From Vulcanimicrobiota bacterium (lineage in GTDB: Bacteria; Vulcanimicrobiota; Vulcanimicrobiia; Eremiobacterales; Eremiobacteraceae), in assembly GCA_963805945.1 (NCBI GenBank), contig CAWDVP010000002.1, positions 96,001-160,000 on the forward strand: a stretch of 64,000 nucleotides of DNA, written 5' to 3'. Below, piece by piece: positions 45,053-61,743 of this stretch. Position 1 is the stretch's first letter; each line of letters starts with the position of its first letter. Made by a program: the position numbers and the translations under genes. The notes below the pieces were generated by a model that saw nothing but the letters and a program-made list of their open reading frames with translations, had not been told where the DNA came from and did no database searches.

Positions 45053-46600
45053 TCAGTAGTAGGTCACATCCAGCGTCGCCGACGGGAACGACGTCAAGCA
45101 CGTGCTCGACAGGATCACCATGGGATAGATCACCAGATCTTGCTCACCGTCCATGGTTATCCCACGATTCGAAGCCGGCGAGTCCGCCCACGACTGCACG
45201 AGCGTGGTGACGTCGAGGTGCAGGTCAGGGCCTTGGTATGGTCCGTTGCCCATCTGCGATGTCTCACCGAGATTGTCGCCGGGATTCCAGAGGTGGTCCG
45301 CCGCGCCGTAGTGGGCGAGGCAGATCTCTCCGCTGGGGCCGCCCTGCGTCGAGCCTCCCACGAGACTGAGTTGCGCCTGCGCGATGTGATGCCCGCTCAG
45401 CGCGGCGGTGTTGAAGTGCACGTATCCTCTGAAGAGAGAGTTCATGTATTGAGAGACCTGCGTGTGCGCCTGATCGCGCCAGAGATCGGCGTCGTGTTTG
45501 TATCCGACATCGAGGGAGAGGAGGTCCCTGATGAACGGATGGTTGTTCGTATACATATTGTCCTGTACGGACTTGTCCGTCCAGACGAAGAAATCGGCGA
45601 TCATCGTCCCGATGCGATCGGGACTGAACGAGACCTTCTGCGCGATGCCGCCCGCGCCCAAGCACAAGCGCACGCTCTGATTGGACTCGAGTTTTCCGCG
45701 ATACGCGGTGACGGTGAAGCACGCGCCCGGCCGCGGCATATCGAGGACGACGAACTTCCAGCTGGGGTCGGCTTGGTTCGCGAGCGGCTTCGGTGGAGTC
45801 ATCATATGGAGCGCTATCGGACCTGCGGGCGCGGGACCTTGTGCGGGATAGACGTTGTAGCCGTCGATCTTGTCGGAGAACGGATAATCCCAGACCAGCG
45901 CCAGTTTGCCCGCCGGCAATCCGATGTAGCAGGCGAGCGAGCCGGCGCTGCCGCCGTGCGCCTGGCACACCTCTTTGGTGAACGCCTGCGTCAGGTTGAT
46001 CGGCGGCCGCGGCGGTGGCGGCGTGCCGAGGGCGAGGCTCGGCGCTAACTGGACACCGGGCGGTAGTTTCGACGATGGCGACGGCGCGGGCGTGATGGAG
46101 AGATTGGGATTGACGAGCACGATGCTGGGCTTGCTCGTCGGCGGTTTCGTGGGCGGCGCCGTCGGTGGGCTCGTCGGGGGTTTCGTCGCCACAGGTGTTG
46201 GGGTCGGTTTGATACACGTGACGAGCACCTTGACGCTGGCGTTCGCGCTGCCGGGCTTCACGTGCAACGTCTCGGTCTCCACGCCCGCTTGCGGCGCGGT
46301 CACGGTGATGGAGTCGAGCACGGTGATCTTGCCGACTGCAGGTATGGTCGCCGCGGTCCACGGCAGCGACGCCGGCACGCCGCCGACGATGCGCGATATC
46401 TGATAGCTGAGGCTGTCACCGGGGTCGCCGGTTATCGCGCCCGTGTACTTGATCGTCGTCGGGCACGGGCCGTTGTACGAAGCCGGACTGGCCGCGAGCG
46501 TGACGGTGAACGAGAATGGTTTTGCCGAGGCCGTCGGCGCGCTGCAGAACGCGGCGATCAGCATCGCTGCGACGAGACAGCCGAGTGTCAACGATCTCAT
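45053..46600 (-). CDS. Secreted modular protein (Ig-like domain, Pro/Thr linker, FnIII-like, DNRLRE-like C-terminus)
   Basis: Signal peptide ASA; PTPTP/TKPPT linker; RGYVHFNT...AQLSL and LDVTTLVQSW...NRGI. Confidence 0.65.
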   Translation of the reverse strand: MRSLTLGCLVAAMLIAAFCSAPTASAKPFSFTVTLAASPASYNGPCPTTIKYTGAITGDPGDSLSYQISRIVGGVPASLPWTAATIPAVGKITVLDSITVTAPQAGVETETLHVKPGSANASVKVLVTCIKPTPTPVATKPPTSPPTAPPTKPPTSKPSIVLVNPNLSITPAPSPSSKLPPGVQLAPSLALGTPPPPRPPINLTQAFTKEVCQAHGGSAGSLACYIGLPAGKLALVWDYPFSDKIDGYNVYPAQGPAPAGPIALHMMTPPKPLANQADPSWKFVVLDMPRPGACFTVTAYRGKLESNQSVRLCLGAGGIAQKVSFSPDRIGTMIADFFVWTDKSVQDNMYTNNHPFIRDLLSLDVGYKHDADLWRDQAHTQVSQYMNSLFRGYVHFNTAALSGHHIAQAQLSLVGGSTQGGPSGEICLAHYGAADHLWNPGDNLGETSQMGNGPYQGPDLHLDVTTLVQSWADSPASNRGITMDGEQDLVIYPMVILSSTCLTSFPSATLDVTYY

Positions 46601-46684
46601 GTCAACGCTCCTAGCGCGAGCTTCACAAAAGGCCCGAGATCTCTGACCTGGTAACGCCGCCTGGCCCTATTTCGTTCCCGCAGA

Positions 46685-48169
46685 CTACGCCTTGAACAGC
46701 TCGATCGGCTTCGTCCCGGTGTACATGGTGACGCCCTTCGTCTCCGTGTAGAGGTCCAGCGTCTCCATGCTGAGCTCGCGGCCGAACCCCGATTGCTTGT
46801 AGCCGCCGAACGGCACGCCGGGGAAGATCGATATCGGCGAGTTGATGGCCACGCCGCCGGCCTTGAGCGCCGCCGCCACCCGCGCGGCGCGGCCCGCATC
46901 GCGCGTCCATACCGACGCCGCGAGACCGTACATCGAGTCGTTGGCCATCGCCACGCCTTCCGCTTCGTCCTTGAACGTCGTCACGACCGCCACCGGTCCA
47001 AAGATCTCTTCCTGCGCGACGCGCATCGAGTTGCCCACCTTGTCGAGCACCGTCGGGTTGAGGAAGTTGCCCTTGGCCAGCGGCCCGTCCGGCCGCGTGC
47101 CGCCGCACGCGACGACCGCGCCCTCTTGCGCGCCGATACCGACGTAGCCCTCGATCTTCTCGAGCTGCTTGCGCGAGATGATCGCGCCGATCTGCGTCGC
47201 GGCATCCAGCGGATCACCGACGCGCAGCGCCTTCGTCTTGGCCACGAACTTGTGCATGAAATCTTCGTAGACGCGCTCATGCAATAGGATGCGCGAGCGG
47301 GCGTCGCAGGATTGGCCGGCGTTGTAGAAGATCGCATGGAGCGCACCGGCGACTGCGGCATCGACGTCCGCATCTTCGAACACGACGTTCGGCGATTTGC
47401 CGCCGAGCTCGAGCGTCAGGCGCTTGATCGTGCCCGCGGCGAGGGCCATGATGGTGCGGCCGGTCGAGGTCTCACCGGTGAACGCGACCTTGTCGACGCC
47501 TTCGTGCGCGGCGAGGTGCGCGCCGATCGTCGCGCCAGGCCCCGGCAGCACGTTGACGACGCCCGGTGGACAGCCGGCCTCGAGGCAGATCTGACCGAGC
47601 ATGATCGCGGTGATCGGCGTCGGGCTCGCGGGTTTGAGCACGATCGTGCAGCCCGCCGCCAGCGCGGGGGCCACCTTCCACGACGCCATGAGCAGCGGGT
47701 AGTTCCACGGCACGATCTGCGCGCAGACCCCCACCGGCGCCTTGAGCGTATAATTGAAAAAATTCGGCGGCGCTGGTATGGTCGCGCCCATGATCTTGGT
47801 GACGGCGCCGCCGTAGAACTCGAAGTCCTCGATGACCTGGCCGATCTCCGCCTTGGCCCCGGTGATCGTCTTGCCGCCGTTGAGCGACTCCATGCGGGCG
47901 AGGTCGTCGATGTGTTCGCTGATGAGGTTGGCGATCTTGAACAGCACGCGTGCTCGGCGCGCCGGCGGCATGGTCGCCCATTTGCCGTCGAGCGCTTTGC
48001 GTGCCGCCGCCACCGCCGCGTCGGCGTCGTGGATGCCGGCGGACGCGACGTCGGCGATGGTCTCGTTCGTCGCCGGGTTGAGGCAGGCGAACGTCTCGCC
48101 TGATTGCGCGGGCACGGATTCGCCGTTGATGAGCAGGTCGTAATGTGTGCGCTCGAGAGCGGTGGCCAT
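46685..48169 (-). CDS. Aldehyde dehydrogenase
   Basis: PWNYP, FTGET, LELGGKSP, GQSC, EEIFGP. Confidence 0.93.
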   Translation of the reverse strand: MATALERTHYDLLINGESVPAQSGETFACLNPATNETIADVASAGIHDADAAVAAARKALDGKWATMPPARRARVLFKIANLISEHIDDLARMESLNGGKTITGAKAEIGQVIEDFEFYGGAVTKIMGATIPAPPNFFNYTLKAPVGVCAQIVPWNYPLLMASWKVAPALAAGCTIVLKPASPTPITAIMLGQICLEAGCPPGVVNVLPGPGATIGAHLAAHEGVDKVAFTGETSTGRTIMALAAGTIKRLTLELGGKSPNVVFEDADVDAAVAGALHAIFYNAGQSCDARSRILLHERVYEDFMHKFVAKTKALRVGDPLDAATQIGAIISRKQLEKIEGYVGIGAQEGAVVACGGTRPDGPLAKGNFLNPTVLDKVGNSMRVAQEEIFGPVAVVTTFKDEAEGVAMANDSMYGLAASVWTRDAGRAARVAAALKAGGVAINSPISIFPGVPFGGYKQSGFGRELSMETLDLYTETKGVTMYTGTKPIELFKA

Positions 48170-48183
48170 GTATCGGTCTCCTT

Positions 48184-48209
48184 CGGCCGACCTAAAGGTC
48201 GGCCGCTAC
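48184..48209 (-). repeat. REP-like palindrome, family A
   Basis: GTAG-CGGCCGACCT-TT-AGGTCGGCCG. Confidence 0.75.
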
Positions 48210-48222
48210 ATATGTGTCGTTC

Positions 48223-49434
48223 TTAGGGGCGTTCGACGATCGTCGCGATGCCTTGGCCGACCCCGATGCACATCGTCGCCAGGCCGCGGCGCGCCTCGCG
48301 CGCGCGCATCGCGTGCAGCAGCGTGACGAGGATGCGCGCACCGCTGCAGCCGAGCGGGTGGCCGAGCGCGATCGCCCCGCCGTTGACGTTGACGCGCTGG
48401 GGAGGCAACTCGAGCTCGCGCACGCACGCGAGCGATTGCGCGGCGAAGGCCTCGTTCAATTCGATGAGATCGATGTCGTCGACGCGCAGGCCCGCGCGCG
48501 CGAGCGCCTTCTGCGTGGCGGGGATCGGCCCGAGCCCCATGCAGTTGGGATCCACCCCTGCGACGGCGGAGGTCACGATGCGCGCCATCGGCTGCAGGCC
48601 GCGCCGTTTCGCCTCGTCCGCCGCCATGAGCACCACGCCCGCGGCGCCGTCGTTGATCCCGGCCGAATTGCCGGCAGTGACGGTGCCGCCTTCGCGGAAC
48701 GCGGGCTTGAGTTTCGCCAGCTGTTCCATGCTGGTGTCGGGCCGCACGTGTTCGTCCACTAAGAACATGTCCATCTCGGCGTTCTTCGTCTTGCCGTTGC
48801 GCGGCACGGGCACGCCGATGAGCTCTGCGGCGAACGCGCCGCCGCGTTGCGCGGCGCCGGTCTTCTGGTGGCTCGCGAGCGCGAACTCGTCTTGCTCCTG
48901 GCGGCCGATGCGATAGCGCTCGGCGACGTTTTCGGCGGTCTCGCCCATCGAGATCGGCGGATAGCCCGCCGCCGTGAGCTTCGGATTGTACATGCGCGCG
49001 CCGAGTGTGGTGTCGAACAGCTGCGGTGCACGGGCGAATTCCGCTTCCGGCTTCGGCATCACGTACGGTGCGCGCGTCATGCTCTCCACCCCGCCCGCCA
49101 AGAACACATCGCCCGCATCGCAGGCGATGGCTTGCGCCGCGAAGTTGATCGCCTGCAGGCCGGAGCCGCACAGGCGGTTCACCGTCGCGCCGGCGACCGA
49201 ATCGGGGAATCCCGCCGCGAGCACGGACATGCGCGCGACGTTGCGATTGTCCTCACCGGCCTGGTTGCTGCAGCCCCATACGACGTCCTCGACGTCGCCC
49301 GGCTCGATGCCGGCGCGCTCGACGAGGGCACGCAGGACGAGCGCCGACATATCATCCGGACGCACGCGCCGCAACGCGCCCCCGTATTTGCCGATGGGAG
49401 TGCGGGCGGCGCCGACGATGACGACTTCGCGCAT
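48223..49434 (-). CDS. Acetyl-CoA C-acyltransferase (PcaF/PaaJ-like thiolase)
   Basis: NQAGEDNRNVARM, NRLCGSG, NEAFA, GHPLG, CIGVGQG. Confidence 0.92.
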   Translation of the reverse strand: MREVVIVGAARTPIGKYGGALRRVRPDDMSALVLRALVERAGIEPGDVEDVVWGCSNQAGEDNRNVARMSVLAAGFPDSVAGATVNRLCGSGLQAINFAAQAIACDAGDVFLAGGVESMTRAPYVMPKPEAEFARAPQLFDTTLGARMYNPKLTAAGYPPISMGETAENVAERYRIGRQEQDEFALASHQKTGAAQRGGAFAAELIGVPVPRNGKTKNAEMDMFLVDEHVRPDTSMEQLAKLKPAFREGGTVTAGNSAGINDGAAGVVLMAADEAKRRGLQPMARIVTSAVAGVDPNCMGLGPIPATQKALARAGLRVDDIDLIELNEAFAAQSLACVRELELPPQRVNVNGGAIALGHPLGCSGARILVTLLHAMRAREARRGLATMCIGVGQGIATIVERP

Positions 49435-49463
49435 TGATATCCTTAGGAGATGGCAGGGGGTTT

Positions 49464-50003
49464 ATGGAAGCGGGTTTCGTGACGAAAGTGCTAGGGACCC
49501 GCCGCATCTACGAGGGCCGCATCCTCAACGTGCGCGCCGACGACGTGGAACTGCCCAACGGGCATCGCTCCACCTTCGAGATCGTCGAGCATAACGGCGG
49601 CGTGTGCGTCATCGCGCAACCGCGGCCCGCGACCATCGTGCTGGTGCGCCAGTATCGGCCTGCGATCGGCCGCTTCCTCTTGGAGGTGCCGGCGGGCAAG
49701 CTCGACGGCGGCGAAGATCCGCTCGAGTGCGCGCGCCGCGAGCTGGTCGAGGAGACGGGTTACCGCTGCGAGCGTCTGCGCAAGCTGTGGACCTTCTATA
49801 CCGCGCCGGGTTTCTGCAGCGAACTGCTCCATCTGTTCGTGGCCGAGGGGTTGCAGGCTGGCGAAGCGCAGCCCGAAGACAACGAGTCCATCGACGTCGA
49901 GGTGCTGCCCGTGGCGCATGCGTGGTCGATGGTGGAGCGCGGCGAGATCCCGGACGCGAAGACGCAGATCGCGCTGGCGTGGGCGCGCGCTCGATCTAAG
50001 TGA
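49464..50003 (+). CDS. NUDIX hydrolase (ADP-ribose pyrophosphatase-like)
   Basis: RQYR, PAGKLD..EDPLECARRELVEETG, DAKT. Confidence 0.9.
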   Translation: MEAGFVTKVLGTRRIYEGRILNVRADDVELPNGHRSTFEIVEHNGGVCVIAQPRPATIVLVRQYRPAIGRFLLEVPAGKLDGGEDPLECARRELVEETGYRCERLRKLWTFYTAPGFCSELLHLFVAEGLQAGEAQPEDNESIDVEVLPVAHAWSMVERGEIPDAKTQIALAWARARSK

Positions 50004-52211
50004 CGCACAGGTCGCGAATCTTTCTCCTCGGGGCCCTGACCGGGCTCGCGCTTCTGGGCGCCGCAGTACCTTCCGCGAGTGATCAAGCTGTGGTGCCGCG
50101 CGCGAGCCTCCGGCCGAGCTCGACGCGATATCTGTCGACGTCTACGGCTCGAGGATCGCTTGAGATCTCAACCCGACGACGGCGCCCGTTTCGTATAACC
50201 CGATAGGCGTCTTCTTTCTTATCCGGGAAAAAGATGGAAGCCAGAGCGAGCAGCGCATGATAATGGGCTTTACGAGGATTCCGACGTCGACGACGATCCC
50301 GCCGGGCGAGCAACGTTCTTTCGACATCCGATTGCCTGGCTGCCAAGTGCTCAGCGATCCATGTACCGAGCGCGTCGCGATCAAGGTGATCCTGAATGAA
50401 AATGATCCGCGCGCATTCCAGGCTGTGATAAGTGAGGAAGAATCCTATCAATTCGTGCCCGGCCCCACGGCGACGTTTGAAATCACTGATCTCAGAGGAA
50501 ACAGACCGGTTCTCGTCACGCAGGGCGATGCGCATGGTAGCCTCCGGCAAGACGTGCTGCGAGTCGCTTTCGCAACGATGCCCGGACCGCCAGCGGCAAT
50601 CCCGAACCTGAGCGATGTGTTCTCCAGTCGAGGACTCGAGGTGAAGTCATGGGGAGGCGGTGACAACACGGCATCCGTCGATATCGGCGGCGTGGTGTCT
50701 CCCGCGAACCAAGCGGTCGTCGATGCGGCGATCGGCGATGTCGAGCGCGCGAATCGCGGCGCCACACTCGTGACACGAGCGTACATGCAGGCCTCGGATG
50801 CTTTCGATCCACTGATCACCACTTCGCGCGACGGAGACGAGGCAGCGGCGAATCGGCTCGCGCGACTGTTAGACGCCTCGCCGGTCCACGGCGTCTCATT
50901 GCTCGGCGACAACACGCAGGTGCTCTTGCCCGCACGGGATTATTCGGCGCCTAACCTTGGGTCTCATGGACGGATATCATATCCGATGACGCGACTCAAA
51001 AGCGGTTACAGCGGTCGACTCCAGGGGCGGTCGAAGTGCGAGTCCGCGTGGCCAGCGCGTACGTCGGCGCCACGGCAACAGCCGGCCAGGGTAACAAGCG
51101 CTTTGAGGGGCTTACCGCCACGGACGCCAGCGGCGTTCCCACCGAGATGACGCCGATCCCGATCTACGTGTCGATCGAGGCCGATCGGCCGGAGATCTTC
51201 GCGATCGCCGCGAGCCGGCGCGCGGCCGCCGAGCGCCTCGGTTACGATGCGGACGCCCTCGCTTTGTTGTCCGCCCAAGATCGCGTTCGCACATTGGCTC
51301 AAGCGCTTGGCGTGCACGTCTCCTTGGTCACGCTCGTCGCGCAATACCCTGATAGTGAGATGTCCGAGCACGATCCAGTCGCGACGCTCGGCGTGGCGAT
51401 GCCGATAGATAATGAACGCTCGGCCGTGTGGCGTGCGCTCGCCTCCGCTCCCACGCCAACGCTGGGCATACAGCCATACCTGGCAACTCCGCCGCCGAGT
51501 ACGCAGCTTCGCCTTGTTCCTGTTCCTCGACCCACTCCCACGCAGCCCGTCCGCGCACAGTCTGTCGCCCAGCGGCCCGACGTGGTGCCGATCGTCGTTC
51601 CGGGCGCCGCAACCACGCTGTCCGCCGTCAGTGACGTCACGCTCAAACAACATGCCGACTCGGTGCGCCTGGACATCCGGCTTAACGGCGATTACTCGGC
51701 TGACTCGAAGTCAGTCGAGGACGTCGGACCGTCGGAAGTCGTGCGGCGGCTCCGTGCACAGCCTCTCGTCCTTGACGCTCGCGCGGAACGATTTCCGAAC
51801 GAACTGCTTATCGGCTACGAACTGGTCGTGCGCACGCGCGATCCTTCGGTCGTCCGAAAGTTGGTGAACCTCACCCGGGCTTCGTACACGGGAACTCGCT
51901 TCACGCTCTTGACCGCCGTCGCCAACGTTGTCGGAGACTGCCACGACTCGATGGCGCAAGCCATGAGCGCCTCGGTCTCGCAAGCGACGCAACAGGCTAT
52001 CACCGCCGCACGAGCTGAACAGCGCACGCTGAGGAGCCTTGTTCTTGCTGCAACATATCCGACAGGACTTGGCGACGCATGCGTCGCCGACGCGAGCCTT
52101 AGCCCGCTCGATAGAGCGACCGATGAGGAGATACACATGCCCGACGTCAGCTCGGTGCCGATCGGCGCGTCGGTGAAACTGGTTTTCCGGACGACTGTCC
52201 CGGCGCACTAG
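50000..52211 (+). CDS. Secreted protein with repeated SIMPL(DUF541)-like segments, frameshifted near 50130-50165 and 51030
   Basis: Signal peptide in first ORF; three consecutive + frames; SIMPL-like patterns; family call tentative. Confidence 0.45.
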
Positions 52212-52239
52212 CGCCAAACCCTTTTCGCGGTCGTTCGGC

Positions 52240-52770
52240 CTAGAAGTTCGCGCGCACCCGTTTGTCGCACGCGTCGCAGAAGTAGTTCTGCTTGCCGTCC
52301 GTGTCGTAGATCGAGTGGCTGTAGTACATCGCGCAGCGCGCGTTGTAGCAATGCTTCAGCCCGAAGGCGTGGCCGAGCGCGTGCACGCATTCCTTGAGCA
52401 CGCGGTCGAAGAAGACCGCCTCGTCCGGCGCCGAGTTGTAGAACTCGGGCCGCAGCCGGTACGTCGAGACCACCGCGATGCGATCGGCGTCGTTGGCGTC
52501 GCCGAAGATGAAGTTGTGCGAGGTCTTGTAGAGATCGTCGCCGATCACGCCGAGGACGAAGCCTTCGCGCTGCGGCATCGCGGCCATCATCTTGTTGAAC
52601 ACGGTGGTGAGGAAGAACTGGCGCCGCGTCGAGTTGGCCAGCGACGGCGAGAGGGTGAGCGGCTTTTCGATTGCGAACTTGTGGAGGAATCGCTCCTCCA
52701 GGCAGGGAGCCAGACGTTCGCAGAAATCGTTGGCGACGTTGTTCATGGGAACGAGGCCTATCTTTTCCAC
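52240..52770 (-). CDS. Archaemetzincin (peptidase M54)-like protein
   Basis: RRQF, NFIFG.A, AVVST.RL, H.LGH.FGLKHC...CAM, FC..C; GTG start. Confidence 0.88.
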   Translation of the reverse strand: MEKIGLVPMNNVANDFCERLAPCLEERFLHKFAIEKPLTLSPSLANSTRRQFFLTTVFNKMMAAMPQREGFVLGVIGDDLYKTSHNFIFGDANDADRIAVVSTYRLRPEFYNSAPDEAVFFDRVLKECVHALGHAFGLKHCYNARCAMYYSHSIYDTDGKQNYFCDACDKRVRANF

Positions 52771-52836
52771 GGCTTCTGACCTTCCACTCGTCTCTTCGAA
52801 GTCCTTCGCACGCGCATCGGTGGGAGTCGCACGACA

Positions 52837-53249
52837 ATGATAATCGGATTGGGTACCGACGTCGCCGAAGTCGATCGCTTCAAATTCGGCGCGGAGCAGC
52901 TCGCGCGCTTCGCCAAGAAGGTATTCACGCCGGAAGAGATGGCGCACGCGCTGCGGCATCGCCACTTCGCCGAGCGGCTCGCCGGCGCGTTCGCGGCCAA
53001 GGAGGCGACGCGCAAGGCGTTCGGCCACGCGATCCCATGGCGGCTCGTCGGCGTGCGCCACGAACGCAGCGGCAAGCCGTACGTCGCGCTGTCGGGCCGG
53101 GCGGAGCGCCTGCCCGCGTTGCGCGGCGTCAGCCGCATGCACCTCACGATCTCGCACAGCCGCTCCAACGCCGTCGCGACGGTGATCCTCGAAGCCGACG
53201 AACTCGTGACCATGCCCATCGGGCACGCCGTCGCGGAAGCGGTGGCTCG

Positions 53250-53253
<4 letters not shown>
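52837..53253 (+). CDS. acpS: Holo-[acyl-carrier-protein] synthase
   Basis: IIGLGTD, FAAKEA, GKP, LTISH. Confidence 0.93.
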
Positions 53254-56833
<3,580 letters not shown>

Positions 56834-56841
56834 GGGGCAGC

Positions 56842-57270
56842 ATGTCGAGAAAAACCGGAGCCGTGATCGTCGCGCTCGTCGCAGCCGCCGCGTCATTCTT
56901 CCTCACCCGCGTCCTGTGGCCGGATCCGCCGGGTATGCCGGGACCGCCACCGGATCTGCTGCCGGTCTTCATCGGCGTCAGCATCGTGGAATCGCTCGCC
57001 TTCGGCGCGGGCGTCGCATTCCTCATCTTCGCGTACCCGCTCATACGGGCAGGTACGACCTCGGCGGGGCTCGCGCTGGCGACGTACCTCGCGATCGGCT
57101 GGACGCTGGTGAATTGGTGGCCGCACGACAATCTGCATCGCGTCGTCGGCATGGATTTCCCGAGACTCGCGGGCATTGAGATCGGCTTCCACGTTACACT
57201 TATCGCGGCCGCCCTCGTCATCGCGTTCTACTTCGTCGACGTGATGCGGCGCGCGCGAGCGGCTGCGTAG
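56842..57270 (+). CDS. Four-TM membrane protein
   Basis: Four hydrophobic segments; WWPHDNLH motif. Confidence 0.75.
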   Translation: MSRKTGAVIVALVAAAASFFLTRVLWPDPPGMPGPPPDLLPVFIGVSIVESLAFGAGVAFLIFAYPLIRAGTTSAGLALATYLAIGWTLVNWWPHDNLHRVVGMDFPRLAGIEIGFHVTLIAAALVIAFYFVDVMRRARAAA

Positions 57271-57288
57271 CGGCCAAGAAGGAAAGAG

Positions 57289-57314
57289 CGGCCGACCTGA
57301 AGGTCGGCCCCTCC
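57289..57314 (-). repeat. REP-like palindrome, family A
   Basis: GGAG-GGGCCGACCT-TC-AGGTCGGCCG between convergent genes. Confidence 0.72.
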
Positions 57315-57334
57315 ATTTCCGCTCCCGGCGGGAG

Positions 57335-58063
57335 CTAGTGGTTGTCGTAGAGCTTCACGTGGCCGATGTTGTTGGCCCAGTACCAGCAGCGCTCGATCGC
57401 GTAGCCGATGTAGTTGATGACCGTCATCTCGAACGCTCTGCCTTGCGGGAACAACGCGACGATGATCAAGATGAAGATGACGTAGGACGTCACGCCGAGC
57501 GATCCCCAGAACTTCGTCGACTGCGAGGCTTGGGCGTTGGCGCGCAGCGGTGCGGGTTCGAAGTAGCGACGGCGCGGTTCTTGCGCGATCACCGACGGGC
57601 GATAGTCTTGCGCATGTGCCGCGGCCTGCGGCGTGCGGACGTAGCCGCCCTGGATGTAGCCGGTCTGCTGGTTGCTGATCTGGTCGGCGGCCAGGCTGCG
57701 CGAGGCGAGCGGCTCCATGTCCTCGCTTGGACCACCGAGCATCTTGGCGATCTTGCGTTTGCCGTCATCGTTGAGGTCGACGAAATCGGCGATAGTGCGG
57801 TAGCCGCCGTGCTCTCCCATCGGCGTCTGCGATTTCACCTTGATCAAGCCGCGCGCGGCGGAGTTGATGCTGCGCATGTCGATCGTGGTGAACAGCACGG
57901 TGCCTTCTGGCACTTCGACGTTGAACGTCGCCACAAGACCCTTCTCATCGAGATGGGTCGCCTTGCCGACGAGGTCCAGATGGTGCTCCGCGTTCCGCGC
58001 GGTGATCGACACCGGGAGCGATAAGGCGACGGGGAGCTCGCCGGTATCTAAAGCTTCAGCCAT
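57335..58063 (-). CDS. Degenerate PilZ-like domain protein with C-terminal TM helix
   Basis: PilZ-like strand pattern ending F.DL...KRKIAKML; low-complexity linker; TM YVIFILIIVALF. Confidence 0.5.
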   Translation of the reverse strand: MAEALDTGELPVALSLPVSITARNAEHHLDLVGKATHLDEKGLVATFNVEVPEGTVLFTTIDMRSINSAARGLIKVKSQTPMGEHGGYRTIADFVDLNDDGKRKIAKMLGGPSEDMEPLASRSLAADQISNQQTGYIQGGYVRTPQAAAHAQDYRPSVIAQEPRRRYFEPAPLRANAQASQSTKFWGSLGVTSYVIFILIIVALFPQGRAFEMTVINYIGYAIERCWYWANNIGHVKLYDNH

Positions 58064-58132
58064 GCGAATGCATACCTCTCACTACCTTCATCGGCATTGT
58101 CGAGGTTAGACTTGACCTGAGGGCGGTCTGTT

Positions 58133-61156
<3,024 letters not shown>

Positions 61157-61254
61157 GGAGACGTGACTTCTTCGTCGGGACAGCGTGGATTCCTTAGGAA
61201 TGCGAAAGGCCTGTGTACGAACGCGGGCCTCTGCTCGGTGGATTCAGCCCATGC

Positions 61255-61665
61255 TTATGGGCAGGCGTCTGCGTTCGTCGTGCTCTTATCGATGCGCGTG
61301 GCTGAGAAGTCGCCGGACGACGGCTTGCCTTTGAGGCCCCACGATCCGGTGAAGTCGCGGCCGGCAGGGGTGAAGCCCAGCTTCATCCAGCCGGGACCGC
61401 GCTGGTCGTTCCAGGTCGCCTTCGCGTTTGTGCCCTTGAGCGTGCCGGTGATGGTGCCGCCATGGCCGTACGTGCCGGCGAGCGCGGTGCCCGTCTCGGT
61501 CATATGGATGAGACCTTTGGTGAACGGCGTGCCCGTGTTCGCCACGCAGTACACGCCGTTGGCGTTGAACGTCGAGCTGGTGGCGCCGGCGGGCGAGGTG
61601 GACGACGCGAGCGCCGCGCACAGCGCGAATGCAAGAGAACCGATGATCAAAGACCGTCGTAGCAT
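61255..61665 (-). CDS. Secreted small beta-barrel-like hypothetical protein
   Basis: GGAGG RBS, signal peptide; ITGTL.G...W...G.GW...F.G.WG pattern. Confidence 0.7.
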   Translation of the reverse strand: MLRRSLIIGSLAFALCAALASSTSPAGATSSTFNANGVYCVANTGTPFTKGLIHMTETGTALAGTYGHGGTITGTLKGTNAKATWNDQRGPGWMKLGFTPAGRDFTGSWGLKGKPSSGDFSATRIDKSTTNADACP

Positions 61666-61743
61666 ACGCTTACCTCCAAGAAAAGAAGAGCCCGCAACCG
61701 GTCTCACCTGCTGCGGGCTGTGTGTTCTCGGTGTTGGTGTTCT

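Noticed and set aside
52671..53249. Extended nnr ORF (715 aa) and extended archaemetzincin ORF
   Set aside because: Extensions overlap acpS; motif-bearing regions start at GTG 53250 and GTG 52770
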